A model generated the notes under the pieces. It was not told the origin of the DNA. It saw nothing but the letters and a program-made list of their open reading frames with translations, and ran no database searches. Position numbers and translations under genes: made by a program. 64,000 bases of DNA from an uncultured virus (IMG/VR IMGVR_UViG_3300019458_000025) (lineage: Duplodnaviria; Heunggongvirae; Uroviricota; Caudoviricetes): IMG/VR virus record IMGVR_UViG_3300019458_000025; one strand, 5' to 3'. Position 1 is the stretch's first letter. Each line of letters opens with the position of its first letter. Positions 17,448-26,539 of this stretch are shown piece by piece.

Positions 17448-19316
17448 TCAACTGATCTTGAGAACCCTGATCTCGTTCCGATCGACGACGTACACGCCTT
17501 CCTTGCCCGCATGCAGGTGGCAGCTTGTGTCCACGAACGGCTCGGTGTCGGGAAACTCGGCCGTTTTCACAAGTGTGCTCATCTGTGGTTGGACCCGTAC
17601 TATACCATCGTCCGTAACCGACAAAAGGAAATTCCTGCCCGCGCATTTCCCTCGGATCTGGCCGAGCCAGGAGCCGTCGCCGGGCTCTCCCTCGGCCACG
17701 GCCTCGACGGTTCCGTTCGGCCGGATGAGATGGCAGCGGTTGACCGCGCGACCTCCGTCTCGGAGGGACGCCAAAAACCAGCAGGCGTCGCTCGTGAAGT
17801 AGGCGACCGCGTCCGTGAGATGGCCCTTGAGGGGCGGGATCTTGACGGTGTCGTTCAGGCCGCCGCGGTCCGCGTCGAAGACGAAGGCCATCGAAAGGTC
17901 CGCCGCCCGGTAAAACCCGAACCCGAAACGGGAGCCGACCCAGAAAAGGGTCTGGTTCTGGAGGACGTCCCCGATCCGCTGAGGCGCGAAAGCGTGCTCC
18001 CGGACGAGCACTCCGCCCTGGACCCAGTAGATCCTCCGTTCGTTCGCGTCGAAAACGTGCATTTTCCCGTACGGGTCCGGATAGATCGTCGTCTCGGGTT
18101 GTCCCGGGGTGAACACCGTGAGGGCATCCTTGTAGCTCATGAGCGAACGGGAGCCGGAGATCCGGTACCGCACCTTGACGGCGGCGTGTTCCTCCAGGAC
18201 GAGGCCCCCGTCCTCCCGCCGGAGATCCCGTGGGTCCTCGTAGAGCCACTTGAGTTCGCCGCCCTGGACGGTCGCGTAAAGGATCTGGCCGTTTGTCGCG
18301 AAGATCCTGGTCGAGGTCACCTTGCCCCTCACTTGGACGACCTGTTTGACCGCCTCCGGCGCCGCGCGCTTGCACGTCGGGCAGGCCGGGCGCCCGTGCT
18401 CGGTGCCGCAGGCCGTGCATGTCCTCCAGGCGAACGCTTCGAGGAGCCGGACGGGGAACGGCCCGCGCGCGTCCTTCTCGAAGACCCGGTGGAAATACGA
18501 AAGAAGCTCGTCCGGAAGCACCTCGTACGGGATCGCGGGCTTCGGGTACCTGACGTCCTTGTTGAAGACCGTGATCCGGCGGAGCGGGCGCTCGGCGTGG
18601 AGGACGTTCGTGGGCTGCTTGGGCTTGTAGACGCCCCCGTACGGGTCGCAGAGGACGAGCGACCGGAAAAGCATCACGGCAAAGGCGTACCAGTCGGAAT
18701 CCGCGGTGTGCGGCTTCACCAGGATCGGCCGGGTCTGCTTGGGGTCGCAGAGGAGCGGGTCCACGAACCGCTCCGTGAAGACCGTGCAGAGGAAGTTCGA
18801 GAACTGGAAGGAATCGGCGTCGATGAGATGCGCCTCGGTCTGGCGGACCATGACGTTCAAGTCGTTGAAGTCGCCGATCAGGACGCGCTCGGCGTGGACC
18901 CGCTCCACGGTCCGGTAGAGGTCGAGGAAGACGTCCTTGACGACGCCGTTTCCGATCCGGCCCTGCCGGAACGACCGCTCGGCGTAGCGGAGGAGGACTT
19001 CCGCCGCGTCGATGAAGGCCATCGTATAGCCCACGATCCTCTTCCCGGTGCGGTCGGTGGCAAGCTCCCGGGGCGAGACCACGCGGTCGGGCAGCGTCTT
19101 CGGGAAGGCCGGGAGCTTGTCCTGGTGGATCATGAGCCTGGCCTTGGCCGCGTCCATCTCGAACTTGTTCCCGGCATAGTCCGGATGGTCCGCGGGCTTG
19201 TAGACCTTGAGGACCGTGTCCGGGGCGATCCGGAAGACGTCGGCCTCTCCGCCCTTCCCCACCGATTGGGTCGGGTCGAGCCTGATCCGCCTACCCTGGA
19301 CGTAGACTTCGGTCAT
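17448..19316 (-). CDS. Ser/Thr protein kinase (TerY-triad type) with Zn ribbon and C-terminal beta-rich domain
   Basis: GKGGEA G-loop, VLK, IGDFNDLN, IDADS, CTAC..CPTC. Confidence 0.9.
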   Translation of the reverse strand: MTEVYVQGRRIRLDPTQSVGKGGEADVFRIAPDTVLKVYKPADHPDYAGNKFEMDAAKARLMIHQDKLPAFPKTLPDRVVSPRELATDRTGKRIVGYTMAFIDAAEVLLRYAERSFRQGRIGNGVVKDVFLDLYRTVERVHAERVLIGDFNDLNVMVRQTEAHLIDADSFQFSNFLCTVFTERFVDPLLCDPKQTRPILVKPHTADSDWYAFAVMLFRSLVLCDPYGGVYKPKQPTNVLHAERPLRRITVFNKDVRYPKPAIPYEVLPDELLSYFHRVFEKDARGPFPVRLLEAFAWRTCTACGTEHGRPACPTCKRAAPEAVKQVVQVRGKVTSTRIFATNGQILYATVQGGELKWLYEDPRDLRREDGGLVLEEHAAVKVRYRISGSRSLMSYKDALTVFTPGQPETTIYPDPYGKMHVFDANERRIYWVQGGVLVREHAFAPQRIGDVLQNQTLFWVGSRFGFGFYRAADLSMAFVFDADRGGLNDTVKIPPLKGHLTDAVAYFTSDACWFLASLRDGGRAVNRCHLIRPNGTVEAVAEGEPGDGSWLGQIRGKCAGRNFLLSVTDDGIVRVQPQMSTLVKTAEFPDTEPFVDTSCHLHAGKEGVYVVDRNEIRVLKIS

Positions 19317-19329
19317 CTTTCGGGCGCCC

Positions 19330-19800
19330 TTACCGGCCTCCGCACTTGCAGCCGCCGAGAAGGATGTCCCGGAGCGGGCAGGTGCATTTGCTCTGGTCCT
19401 TGACCTCCATCGCCTTCTTGGGCAGCCGCTCGAAGCTCTGGTCTTGGACGTCGAGCACCTTGATCTCCGGAGCCTGGGGCTTGTCCACGATCACGGTGTC
19501 CCCGGGCTCGACCCTCGGAATCCACATCCCGTTCTCGTTCTTCTTGAAGTCGAGCACCCGGCGGAGCAGGTCGGCCAGGCTCTCTCCCCGGTCGGCGCCC
19601 TGCGGGTTCTCGATCCCGCCCATCGGATGGACGAGCCCCCCGATCTGGTCGAGCGCGACCAGGCCCTCGCCGACCTTCTGGCCGTTCTGGTTGAATGACA
19701 CCGAGAGGAAATACTTGAGGCCGCACTGGTAGAGCGAGCAGGAGACCGAGACCGAATGGTTGTAGTCGGTCAACTGGACGTCCCGGCAGACTTCCCTCAT
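19330..19800 (-). CDS. Hypothetical protein
   Basis: ATGA-coupled to the phosphatase; Cys-rich tail. Confidence 0.6.
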   Translation of the reverse strand: MREVCRDVQLTDYNHSVSVSCSLYQCGLKYFLSVSFNQNGQKVGEGLVALDQIGGLVHPMGGIENPQGADRGESLADLLRRVLDFKKNENGMWIPRVEPGDTVIVDKPQAPEIKVLDVQDQSFERLPKKAMEVKDQSKCTCPLRDILLGGCKCGGR

Positions 19801-20627
19801 CCCATCCTCCTTCTCCGGAAAACCACGAGCGTGGCGTCGTCGGCGAGCGGTCCGTGCTCCTCGTGGACGGCCCTCCGGTCGTAGTCGATCCTCATGTAGT
19901 CCCGGTTGATGACGCGGAGGCGCCGCTGGATCGAGAAGGGGTTCTTGAAGTGGGCGTCGTTCTCCCAGAACTGGCTGATAAAGCCGATCGGCTCGTCCTT
20001 CCCCGGGACCTTCCGGTCGGACGCCTTGACGAGCGCGCCGAGACCGTCCGTCCCGATCAGGATCTGCCGAACGTCCCCCAACGCGAACGAGTTGACGACG
20101 GCCAAAGGAGGCGCTTCGACCGTCGAATCGACGAGGTCATAGGCGATGTAGGAGGGCTTGTTGTTCTCGCTCAGGATCTCGACCACGCGCTCGTTCGGGG
20201 CGATGACGCCGTCCCCGGCCACGAACGTGACCGTCCTCCATTCGGTCGCGACGACCCCGACGAGCGTGAAAAGGAAGTAGTCCGAGACCGTCTTCGAGTA
20301 GCTCCCGCCCATGGCGTCGGCGATGGAGGCGATCCGGGTGAGGATGCCCCTCCGGACGCGCGCGAGAGCCCCCGTCAGGACCGCGGGATCGGCCGAAAGG
20401 AGCGTGGGTTCGGCCTGGAATACCCGGAGCAACTGATCGACGGCGATCCGGGCGCCGATCTTCGCGCCCACTTCGCTATGCTCCCCGCTCGTACAGCCGT
20501 CCGCGACCACGCCCGCGACCACGTTCTTCGATGTCGCGATCGCGTAGGCGTCCTGGCAGTTCGTGAGCGCGTGCCGGTGGTCGCGCCCCGCGACGGAACC
20601 TCCGGCGATCTCGAACTCTTCCAGCAT
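19797..20627 (-). CDS. PP2C-like protein phosphatase
   Basis: G.SV.G..H...NCQD, VVADGC, GTDG, DDAT. Confidence 0.9.
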   Translation of the reverse strand: MLEEFEIAGGSVAGRDHRHALTNCQDAYAIATSKNVVAGVVADGCTSGEHSEVGAKIGARIAVDQLLRVFQAEPTLLSADPAVLTGALARVRRGILTRIASIADAMGGSYSKTVSDYFLFTLVGVVATEWRTVTFVAGDGVIAPNERVVEILSENNKPSYIAYDLVDSTVEAPPLAVVNSFALGDVRQILIGTDGLGALVKASDRKVPGKDEPIGFISQFWENDAHFKNPFSIQRRLRVINRDYMRIDYDRRAVHEEHGPLADDATLVVFRRRRMG

Positions 20628-20637
20628 GTCCTCAGCC

Positions 20638-20886
20638 CTACGGGGCCTCTCCCTTGACGATCTTCTCCAGGACGTCGATCGGCATCACCTTGCCGATATG
20701 CCACTTCCCGCAGAAGGCACAGGGATAGGGTTCGACATCGTGGTGGCGCTTGTCCCATCGGTTGTGGGCGTCGGCGCCCGCCCGCGCGGCCTCCTCGGTC
20801 TCGTAACGCTGCTTCCGGCCGCAGGTCTGCTGGGGTCCGGACTTCCTTCCCGCTTCGAGATGCAGGTTGTAGAGATAGGCGTCCAT
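20638..20886 (-). CDS. Small C..CxxC..H Zn-binding protein
   Basis: CGRK.RY...PYPCAFCGKWHIG. Confidence 0.7.
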   Translation of the reverse strand: MDAYLYNLHLEAGRKSGPQQTCGRKQRYETEEAARAGADAHNRWDKRHHDVEPYPCAFCGKWHIGKVMPIDVLEKIVKGEAP

Positions 20887-20894
20887 CGGATCAC

Positions 20895-22334
20895 TCAGAT
20901 AAGACCCACCTTCATTCCACGAAGATCCTCAAGGAGGCGGTGACGGAGAGCCTTGGTCTGGCTGCTTAGCTCGACCATCGGGTAATCCTGGTTCCAGAGT
21001 TCCCCGGCCGGGCTGTCGTTTCCGGTGAGCCGGACATAGCCCTGCGGGGCCGTCTCGTCCTCCTGGGCGATGATCCCGATCGGTCCGTTCGCCGAGGTCC
21101 GGCGGAAGACCACGGGACGCCCGGGAAGGCTCTCCTTGCCGCCGCCCCGTTCGTTCGCGAACTTCATCGTGGGGTAGGGCCCGGTCTGGCAGAGCTTGTA
21201 GACCGCGCTCACGCGGTCCCGAGTGAGCGACGTGAAGGCCGGGGCCGAGACGAGGGCCCGCCCGTACCCGTAAACCTGGGCGTCTTCGGGGACGCCGACC
21301 TGAATCCGGGTCGTCTCGAAGGCCGCGGTCTTCTCGGCGTCGAGTTCGTCCTCGAAGATATGGACAGGGGACAGGCCGCGTTCCTTGGCCTGGGTCACCA
21401 TGTAGAGGTACTGGGCGAGCTTGTCGCCCGAATCGTACCGGACGGAGTCCCGGCGTCCGGGCTCCTCCTCCATGAGCTTGAGCGCGGCCGGTATCCCCGA
21501 GAGGTACGTGTCGTAGGTGTCGAGGAGATAACTCGACCGGTAAGGACGCCGGTCGCGCATCGCGCGGAACGCGGCCTCGTCCGATCCGTAGCGCTGGACG
21601 TGCTCGTGGCCCATGGTCCCGACCGGCGTCATCGAGAACTTCTCGGCCAGGAAGACGTTCGAGGTCCGCTTGATCCCGACTTCCCGGCATGCCTGGAGCG
21701 CGATCGCGTGCTGTTCCGGGCAGGTCGCCGAACGGAGGCCGACCTCGAAGACGCGGTCGGCGCTCGCCGCGGAAAGGATGCGCTTGGCGTGTTCGACGAC
21801 GTTTTTGTAGTAGCCCTCGGGATCGGCGACGATCTCCGGACACGGGAGGCCGATCGCGTCGAGCGTCTCCCGGACGATCTCGACCTCCTGGGGACATGTC
21901 ACCGTCCGAAGTTCCTTTGAGAAGAGGTCGCGATCGAACCGGGCAAGCGTCGCGACCTGGATGCGGTATTGAAGTTGAAGGACGAGCGGCTCAAGCCAGG
22001 AGACGAGCGCAGAGGGACCCGTCACGGAGAAGACCGGTTCGCGGGGATAGAAGACCGAGCCTTTGGGGATCGCCCGGACATCGAGCCTCCGGCGCTGGCC
22101 GATGGCCGTCCGGAACCCGATCCCCATTTCGTACTCGTGGTCGGCGAGATAGCGGGCATTGTCCTCGGTCATCGCGGGCAGGAGGCCGCGGACGAACTTA
22201 TCGACGTCCACGGGGAGGATCTGGGGGCCACCCTTCCGGTGGCAGTAATAGAAGATCTCGGTACGGAGCGGCCAGCCGACCTCCGCCATCGAGAACTTGT
22301 AGCCGTCCGTTTCGAGAACCGAGCGCGCGGCCAT
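20895..22334 (-). CDS. pncB: Nicotinate phosphoribosyltransferase (PncB-like)
   Basis: TDGYKFSM, FEVGLR, TSNV...PVGTMGHE, LDTYD, VRYDSGD, VYKL. Confidence 0.85.
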   Translation of the reverse strand: MAARSVLETDGYKFSMAEVGWPLRTEIFYYCHRKGGPQILPVDVDKFVRGLLPAMTEDNARYLADHEYEMGIGFRTAIGQRRRLDVRAIPKGSVFYPREPVFSVTGPSALVSWLEPLVLQLQYRIQVATLARFDRDLFSKELRTVTCPQEVEIVRETLDAIGLPCPEIVADPEGYYKNVVEHAKRILSAASADRVFEVGLRSATCPEQHAIALQACREVGIKRTSNVFLAEKFSMTPVGTMGHEHVQRYGSDEAAFRAMRDRRPYRSSYLLDTYDTYLSGIPAALKLMEEEPGRRDSVRYDSGDKLAQYLYMVTQAKERGLSPVHIFEDELDAEKTAAFETTRIQVGVPEDAQVYGYGRALVSAPAFTSLTRDRVSAVYKLCQTGPYPTMKFANERGGGKESLPGRPVVFRRTSANGPIGIIAQEDETAPQGYVRLTGNDSPAGELWNQDYPMVELSSQTKALRHRLLEDLRGMKVGLI

Positions 22335-22358
22335 GATCTCCTCTTCCAGGCTGCACAG

Positions 22359-22387
22359 ATAATAACACCTGTTAACAGCCGAGTCAA
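22359..22387 (-). promoter_or_regulatory. Sigma70-type promoter for the NAD/vWA operon
   Basis: TTGACT-17-TATTAT, then CTGTG and a GAGGAG RBS. Confidence 0.8.
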
Positions 22388-22399
22388 GCGCCGTCGTGC

Positions 22400-22882
22400 T
22401 TATTCCGGAAGCGCCGGGGGGCGGTCCGGAGTCCGATGGTTCATGCCCGTATACGGACCGCCTAAACCGACGTCGTAGTCCTGGCCGTAACGGGGATGGT
22501 CGGTCCGGTAGTTCTGGATGACGGGGGCCGGTCCCTGGGGGGGCGGGGGATTCTCCAGGATCTCTCCGTAGTAGATCCAGGGAACGGCTGGAATGACCAT
22601 CGGGGCCTCGTAGGCTCTCGGGTTATAGTCCCAGAGGAGGGAATCCGGGCGGAACGTTCGCGCGTATCCGTCGTCGGTCCTGTTCGTCTCCGGATCGTCC
22701 GTTTTCTGGAGCTTGGACGCCTCGATGTAGGCTTCGGCGCCCTCCTTCGTGTCGAAAATCGCGATCCGGTTCACGGTTTCGGTCGAGCCCCAGACGGGAT
22801 TCGCCTGGAGAAGCCAAGCGCGCGGATTCATGACCCAGTCGCGAAGGACTTCCATGAATTGATGGAGTTCCTGGACGCTCAT
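22400..22882 (-). CDS. Hypothetical protein
   Basis: GAGGAGG RBS; ATGA coupling. Confidence 0.7.
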   Translation of the reverse strand: MSVQELHQFMEVLRDWVMNPRAWLLQANPVWGSTETVNRIAIFDTKEGAEAYIEASKLQKTDDPETNRTDDGYARTFRPDSLLWDYNPRAYEAPMVIPAVPWIYYGEILENPPPPQGPAPVIQNYRTDHPRYGQDYDVGLGGPYTGMNHRTPDRPPALPE

Positions 22883-23139
22883 GGTTCCTCCTCGTCGTCT
22901 CCGTGGTCTTTATGGGAATGCCGGTGGAAGAGCCAGTGATTCGCGAGGGCGGCAAGGACGAAGGCGATGATTACGGAAATGACGATCGGCCAGATGAGGA
23001 CGTAAATCGAGAATTCGAGGAGGTGTTTCTCCGGGGAAGCCGGACAGTTCGGCTTCATCTTGAAGTGGGCTTTGTAGAGGATGAAGGAGAAGAGGACGCC
23101 CGCCGCCAAGTAGAGACCTGTCCATTGGCTCGTCATCAT
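22879..23139 (-). CDS. Two-TM membrane protein
   Basis: Two hydrophobic segments, Y.LIWP motif. Confidence 0.7.
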   Translation of the reverse strand: MMTSQWTGLYLAAGVLFSFILYKAHFKMKPNCPASPEKHLLEFSIYVLIWPIVISVIIAFVLAALANHWLFHRHSHKDHGDDEEEP

Positions 23140-23148
23140 CGGAATCGT

Positions 23149-23847
23149 TCACTCGGCCTTCTCCTGCTTTCTCAAGATCCTCGTCCCATGGCTTCGGAGC
23201 TTGGCCAGGATGGGCTCGCCGATCAGGCAGATCGCGCCCTTCTTCGTCGTAAGCGAAGTGATCACTTCCTTCCCGTTGACGTGGATCGACACCTGGTCCA
23301 GTTCGTTGACCGGCGTCCAGAAGCTGAGGTTGTCGAACAGCGTCTGGACCGGGAGGATTCCTGGATCGCCGCTGTCCGGTTCCCTTTTCTGGACGCTGTC
23401 CCGGCACGCGATTTCCATGGCCGAACGAAGCGCGGGGATGTCGATCTTGCAGTCGAGGAGAGCCTTGTGCGCGATGCCTTCCGTAAGGAAGGGTCCGTCC
23501 TCTTCGAGGAGGCCGAGAACGAGTTCCGCGGTCCCGACGACGTTCGTACCGAGCCGATACCCGTGCTCGCGGGCGATCTCGATGACGCGCTTGAGCCGGG
23601 GCGCCATAGGGCGTTCGATCGCCGCATCCAGGGTGTCCGAGGGCGAGACCTGCCTCCGGACTGATTCCTCGATCTTCCCGGCGTCGATCCGAAGCCGGGC
23701 GAACACCCGTTGCGCGACGCACCCTTCCTGGTGGAGGATCGCCAGAAGCAGGTGTTCCGTGCCGACGAACTCCTGCTTGTGCTCGATGCACAACCTTCTC
23801 GCCGTCGAGAGGACGTCGCGGGCGCGTTCGGTGAAATCTGCGAACAT
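23149..23847 (-). CDS. Stand-alone Clp N-terminal (Clp-R) domain protein
   Basis: FTERAR.VL..A...VGTEHLLLAIL and a second repeat VGTAELVLGLL; no AAA module. Confidence 0.9.
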   Translation of the reverse strand: MFADFTERARDVLSTARRLCIEHKQEFVGTEHLLLAILHQEGCVAQRVFARLRIDAGKIEESVRRQVSPSDTLDAAIERPMAPRLKRVIEIAREHGYRLGTNVVGTAELVLGLLEEDGPFLTEGIAHKALLDCKIDIPALRSAMEIACRDSVQKREPDSGDPGILPVQTLFDNLSFWTPVNELDQVSIHVNGKEVITSLTTKKGAICLIGEPILAKLRSHGTRILRKQEKAE

Positions 23848-24128
23848 CGTTGGTCCTCCTTCCAGAAGTCATGATTGGTTTACATCGACTCCTTGGTTCG
23901 ACCTTGGGATTCGACTATTTCCTCGACGGCGAAGTGCCCACTCACACGATGACTGCCCGCGTTACAGGCGATGTCACCTTTTGACAGCCGCCAGGATAAG
24001 TGCCGTAGAAGGAGCAGCATCGCTTCTCGATCCTCAGCCTTGATCTCCAGCGTCAGCTTTGTCATGGTCTACGAATCCCCCCTTTAACCCGCAGGGACAC
24101 CTCGATGAACGCCAAGCATCCATACTTG

Positions 24129-24599
24129 TCAGGATTTCGCCTTCTCGTACTTGTCCAGGGCCGCAAGAAGCGCGAAGATGCCGTTGCCATAGTCGTGGAC
24201 GACTGGGTCTTGCGGAATTCGGTGGCTCAGGTTCTGCCCGGTCCGGCGCGCCTCCGCGGCAAGTTCCTGTAGCTTGCGAGTGTACGCGGTCTGGGCATCG
24301 AAGATGCGCCTGATCTCCCGCGCGGCTTCGAGCATCTCCTCGACCGCCTTCGCCTTCGTCCGTGCCATGATTTCCTCGAATTCCCGCGCCTACGTGAGGT
24401 CCGCGACCTCCTTGAACTCGGCGTCCGTCATGTTCCGCGTCTCGCGGAGGACGTAAAGAGCGACGCGCACCGATCCGGCCGGTCGCTCGCGGACGGTCTT
24501 CCCGTATTGGTCGCAATCCGGCGTGCAGTGGCTTCCCCGAAGAACCGAGCCGCATCTCAGGCAGTACATGAACCAGTAGCTCGGGATCGGATCTCTCAT
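24129..24599 (-). pseudogene. Hypothetical gene possibly split by an in-frame TAG at 24390-24392
   Basis: 24390..24599 and 24129..24368 share a frame; reads ...ADLT*AREFEEIMARTK... Confidence 0.4.
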
Positions 24600-25081
24600 G
24601 AAACCACGCGCTTTCGCTCGACGAGCCCTTCCAAACTCCTCATATGAGCCTGGGTCACCCCGACGAAGGGGTCGGTCTCAAAATAGATCCAGCCCCTTTC
24701 CCGGACGAGAGCGTGGGCCTCATCGCTCAGGCCGTCCTCGATCCAGGCGACAGGCCCTTTTCGGGATGCGAGAGCCTTCCTCGCGCCGGTCGCCTTCCAG
24801 TCCGGTAGCCCGCTATCCCGGATGGCGGGCTTTGCCGGAAGCCGGGCCCATTCGGCGATCATGTTCGCGCCCTTCCCCCAGGCCGTGAGCCACCGGACGT
24901 CGAAAAGCCTCCACGCCATCTTCATGAATGGAAGCGTCAGCTTGGTCGGATAGAAGCTGATGAAGCGGCCGGGGCGCCAAGAGAGCCTCACTTCGCGCTT
25001 CTTTAGGTCGGCCCTGTTCCTCGAAAGGACGTTGAGGACCCCGTCCACGTCGAGCAGCAGAACCGGCCTTCTCATCGTCAT
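24596..25081 (-). CDS. HAD-superfamily (HAD_SAK-like) phosphatase
   Basis: LLLDVDGVLN, WLTAW, WIED. Confidence 0.85.
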   Translation of the reverse strand: MTMRRPVLLLDVDGVLNVLSRNRADLKKREVRLSWRPGRFISFYPTKLTLPFMKMAWRLFDVRWLTAWGKGANMIAEWARLPAKPAIRDSGLPDWKATGARKALASRKGPVAWIEDGLSDEAHALVRERGWIYFETDPFVGVTQAHMRSLEGLVERKRVVS

Positions 25082-25088
25082 CACGTAG

Positions 25089-25331
25089 TCACCGAATCGT
25101 GTGCGTTGCGTCTGGGCCGACGACCTTGACACGCCCGGTGCCGTTGCAGGTCGGGCATTTCGCGGTCTTCCGGCGCTGCCAGGCCCAATACTCGCCGCGG
25201 ACCTCCTCCTGCCGATGCGAATGGGGCTTCACCTTGTTGCCCCGCCTGTCCGTGCATGGCTGCGCTTTTTCGGCCTTGCAGTGCCGACAGGGAAAGAGCA
25301 GGCACCGCCGCCAGAATTCCCCCTCTTTCAT
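25089..25331 (-). CDS. Zn-finger hypothetical protein
   Basis: CRHC..PC..H and CPTCNGTG. Confidence 0.65.
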   Translation of the reverse strand: MKEGEFWRRCLLFPCRHCKAEKAQPCTDRRGNKVKPHSHRQEEVRGEYWAWQRRKTAKCPTCNGTGRVKVVGPDATHTIR

Positions 25332-25344
25332 GGGTTCTTCGATC

Positions 25345-26163
25345 TCATGCCACGGACACTTTCGACTCGGCCCTCTTCGCGTATAGCTCTGCGAATTTCT
25401 TCTGGATGGCCGAAAGCCATCCGGCTTCCATGGCGGGATAATCATAACCCGGGCAGTGATCCCCATCGGTCGAATATCCGAGATCATAGAGCGCGTCCCG
25501 AAACCGGCCCGCGTCGTCTCCATAGTATTCCCATTCGACGCCCTTGGCGAGACGTTCGAATTTGTCGGCCAGTTCCTTCCGGGCGACCCTGAGCTTGTCT
25601 TCGGCCTCGGCGAGAGCCTTGACGGCATCTGAGCGGTCGGACTCGATCGGTTCCATCATGGTCTTTTTCTCCGGGTCATCGCTCGCCTCCCACTCCTTGA
25701 GAGAGCGGTCGCAGTCCTGGATTTCGTCCTTCTGGACCATGACCTCGTCTCGGAGTGCCGACCGTTCCGTCTTCTCGTCGTAGTGGCCTTCGAGGATTTC
25801 CCGCGCGTGGTCACGGCACCATTCGGCCGCCAGTTCCCGCTGCCAGACCGTGGAGAAGAATTTGGAGCAGAGATAGTGCTCGTCGAGGTCCGAGGCGAAC
25901 CATTCGAGACCGTAGCTGTAGTCGCTCCAGATCCCTCGGTGATTCGTCGGGGCGCCGAGCTTGATGTCGCCGCCGATCGAGATCCCGATCGGCGTGAAAA
26001 AAAGGAAGGACGAGTAGATGTTGGTGTCCGGGAGCCCCATCCGGAAGACGCGGATTGGACCTCCCTTCGACAAGCGGGGGTGATTCACATTCGCGGGCTC
26101 GATGATCTCCTCCAGGACGTGGTCCTTGAGCGCCTCGAACATGTGTGGCTTGGAATAACGCAT
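25345..26163 (-). CDS. Hypothetical protein with central coiled coil
   Basis: AAAGGAG RBS; 272 aa of protein-like composition. Confidence 0.75.
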   Translation of the reverse strand: MRYSKPHMFEALKDHVLEEIIEPANVNHPRLSKGGPIRVFRMGLPDTNIYSSFLFFTPIGISIGGDIKLGAPTNHRGIWSDYSYGLEWFASDLDEHYLCSKFFSTVWQRELAAEWCRDHAREILEGHYDEKTERSALRDEVMVQKDEIQDCDRSLKEWEASDDPEKKTMMEPIESDRSDAVKALAEAEDKLRVARKELADKFERLAKGVEWEYYGDDAGRFRDALYDLGYSTDGDHCPGYDYPAMEAGWLSAIQKKFAELYAKRAESKVSVA

Positions 26164-26230
26164 CCGTTCCTCTCCTTTGTTCAGGGCGAATTAGGGGCGA
26201 GGCTAAATTTAGCGCCCTTCCTAAGCCTTC

Positions 26231-26539
26231 GGTAGTGTCCTAATTTGAAGCCCATAACGAAATATCATGAGGTAGATCAACCCGAGCGTCGCGCCCGGGG
26301 TTGCCGTCCGAAAAAGTCGTTGATCGTCTTCTGGACTTCCCTGGACAATGTGCTGGACATCTTTATCGCTTCTTCGGTAGTTTCGGCAGTCCACTGGCCC
26401 CGCTTCAACAGCCGCTCATTCACGAATCCAAGCGCGAAGCTGTAGCACTTACCCCCGAAGACTCTCTTCTCAATCTGCTTCCTCGTCATTCTGATCTCCT
26501 CATGATATTTCGTTATGGGCTTCAAATTAGGACACTACC
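26231..26539. mobile_element. 309-bp MITE: perfect 42-bp TIRs, 8-bp TSD AAGCCTTC, passenger ORF
   Basis: 26231-26272 is the reverse complement of 26498-26539; AAGCCTTC at 26223-26230 and 26540-26547. Confidence 0.92.
26277..26489 (-). CDS. 70-aa passenger protein inside the MITE
   Basis: GAGGAG RBS at the inner TIR edge, ATG 26489; fills the whole interior. Confidence 0.65.
   Translation of the reverse strand: MTRKQIEKRVFGGKCYSFALGFVNERLLKRGQWTAETTEEAIKMSSTLSREVQKTINDFFGRQPRARRSG

Noticed and set aside
15112..19403. 896-aa and 630-aa + strand ORFs
   Set aside because: Shadows of the vWA, nicotinamidase and kinase genes, which carry clear catalytic motifs on the - strand.
26245..26525. Two opposite-strand ORFs both starting MKPITKYHE as paralogs
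   Set aside because: Artefact of translating the MITE TIRs from a TTG.
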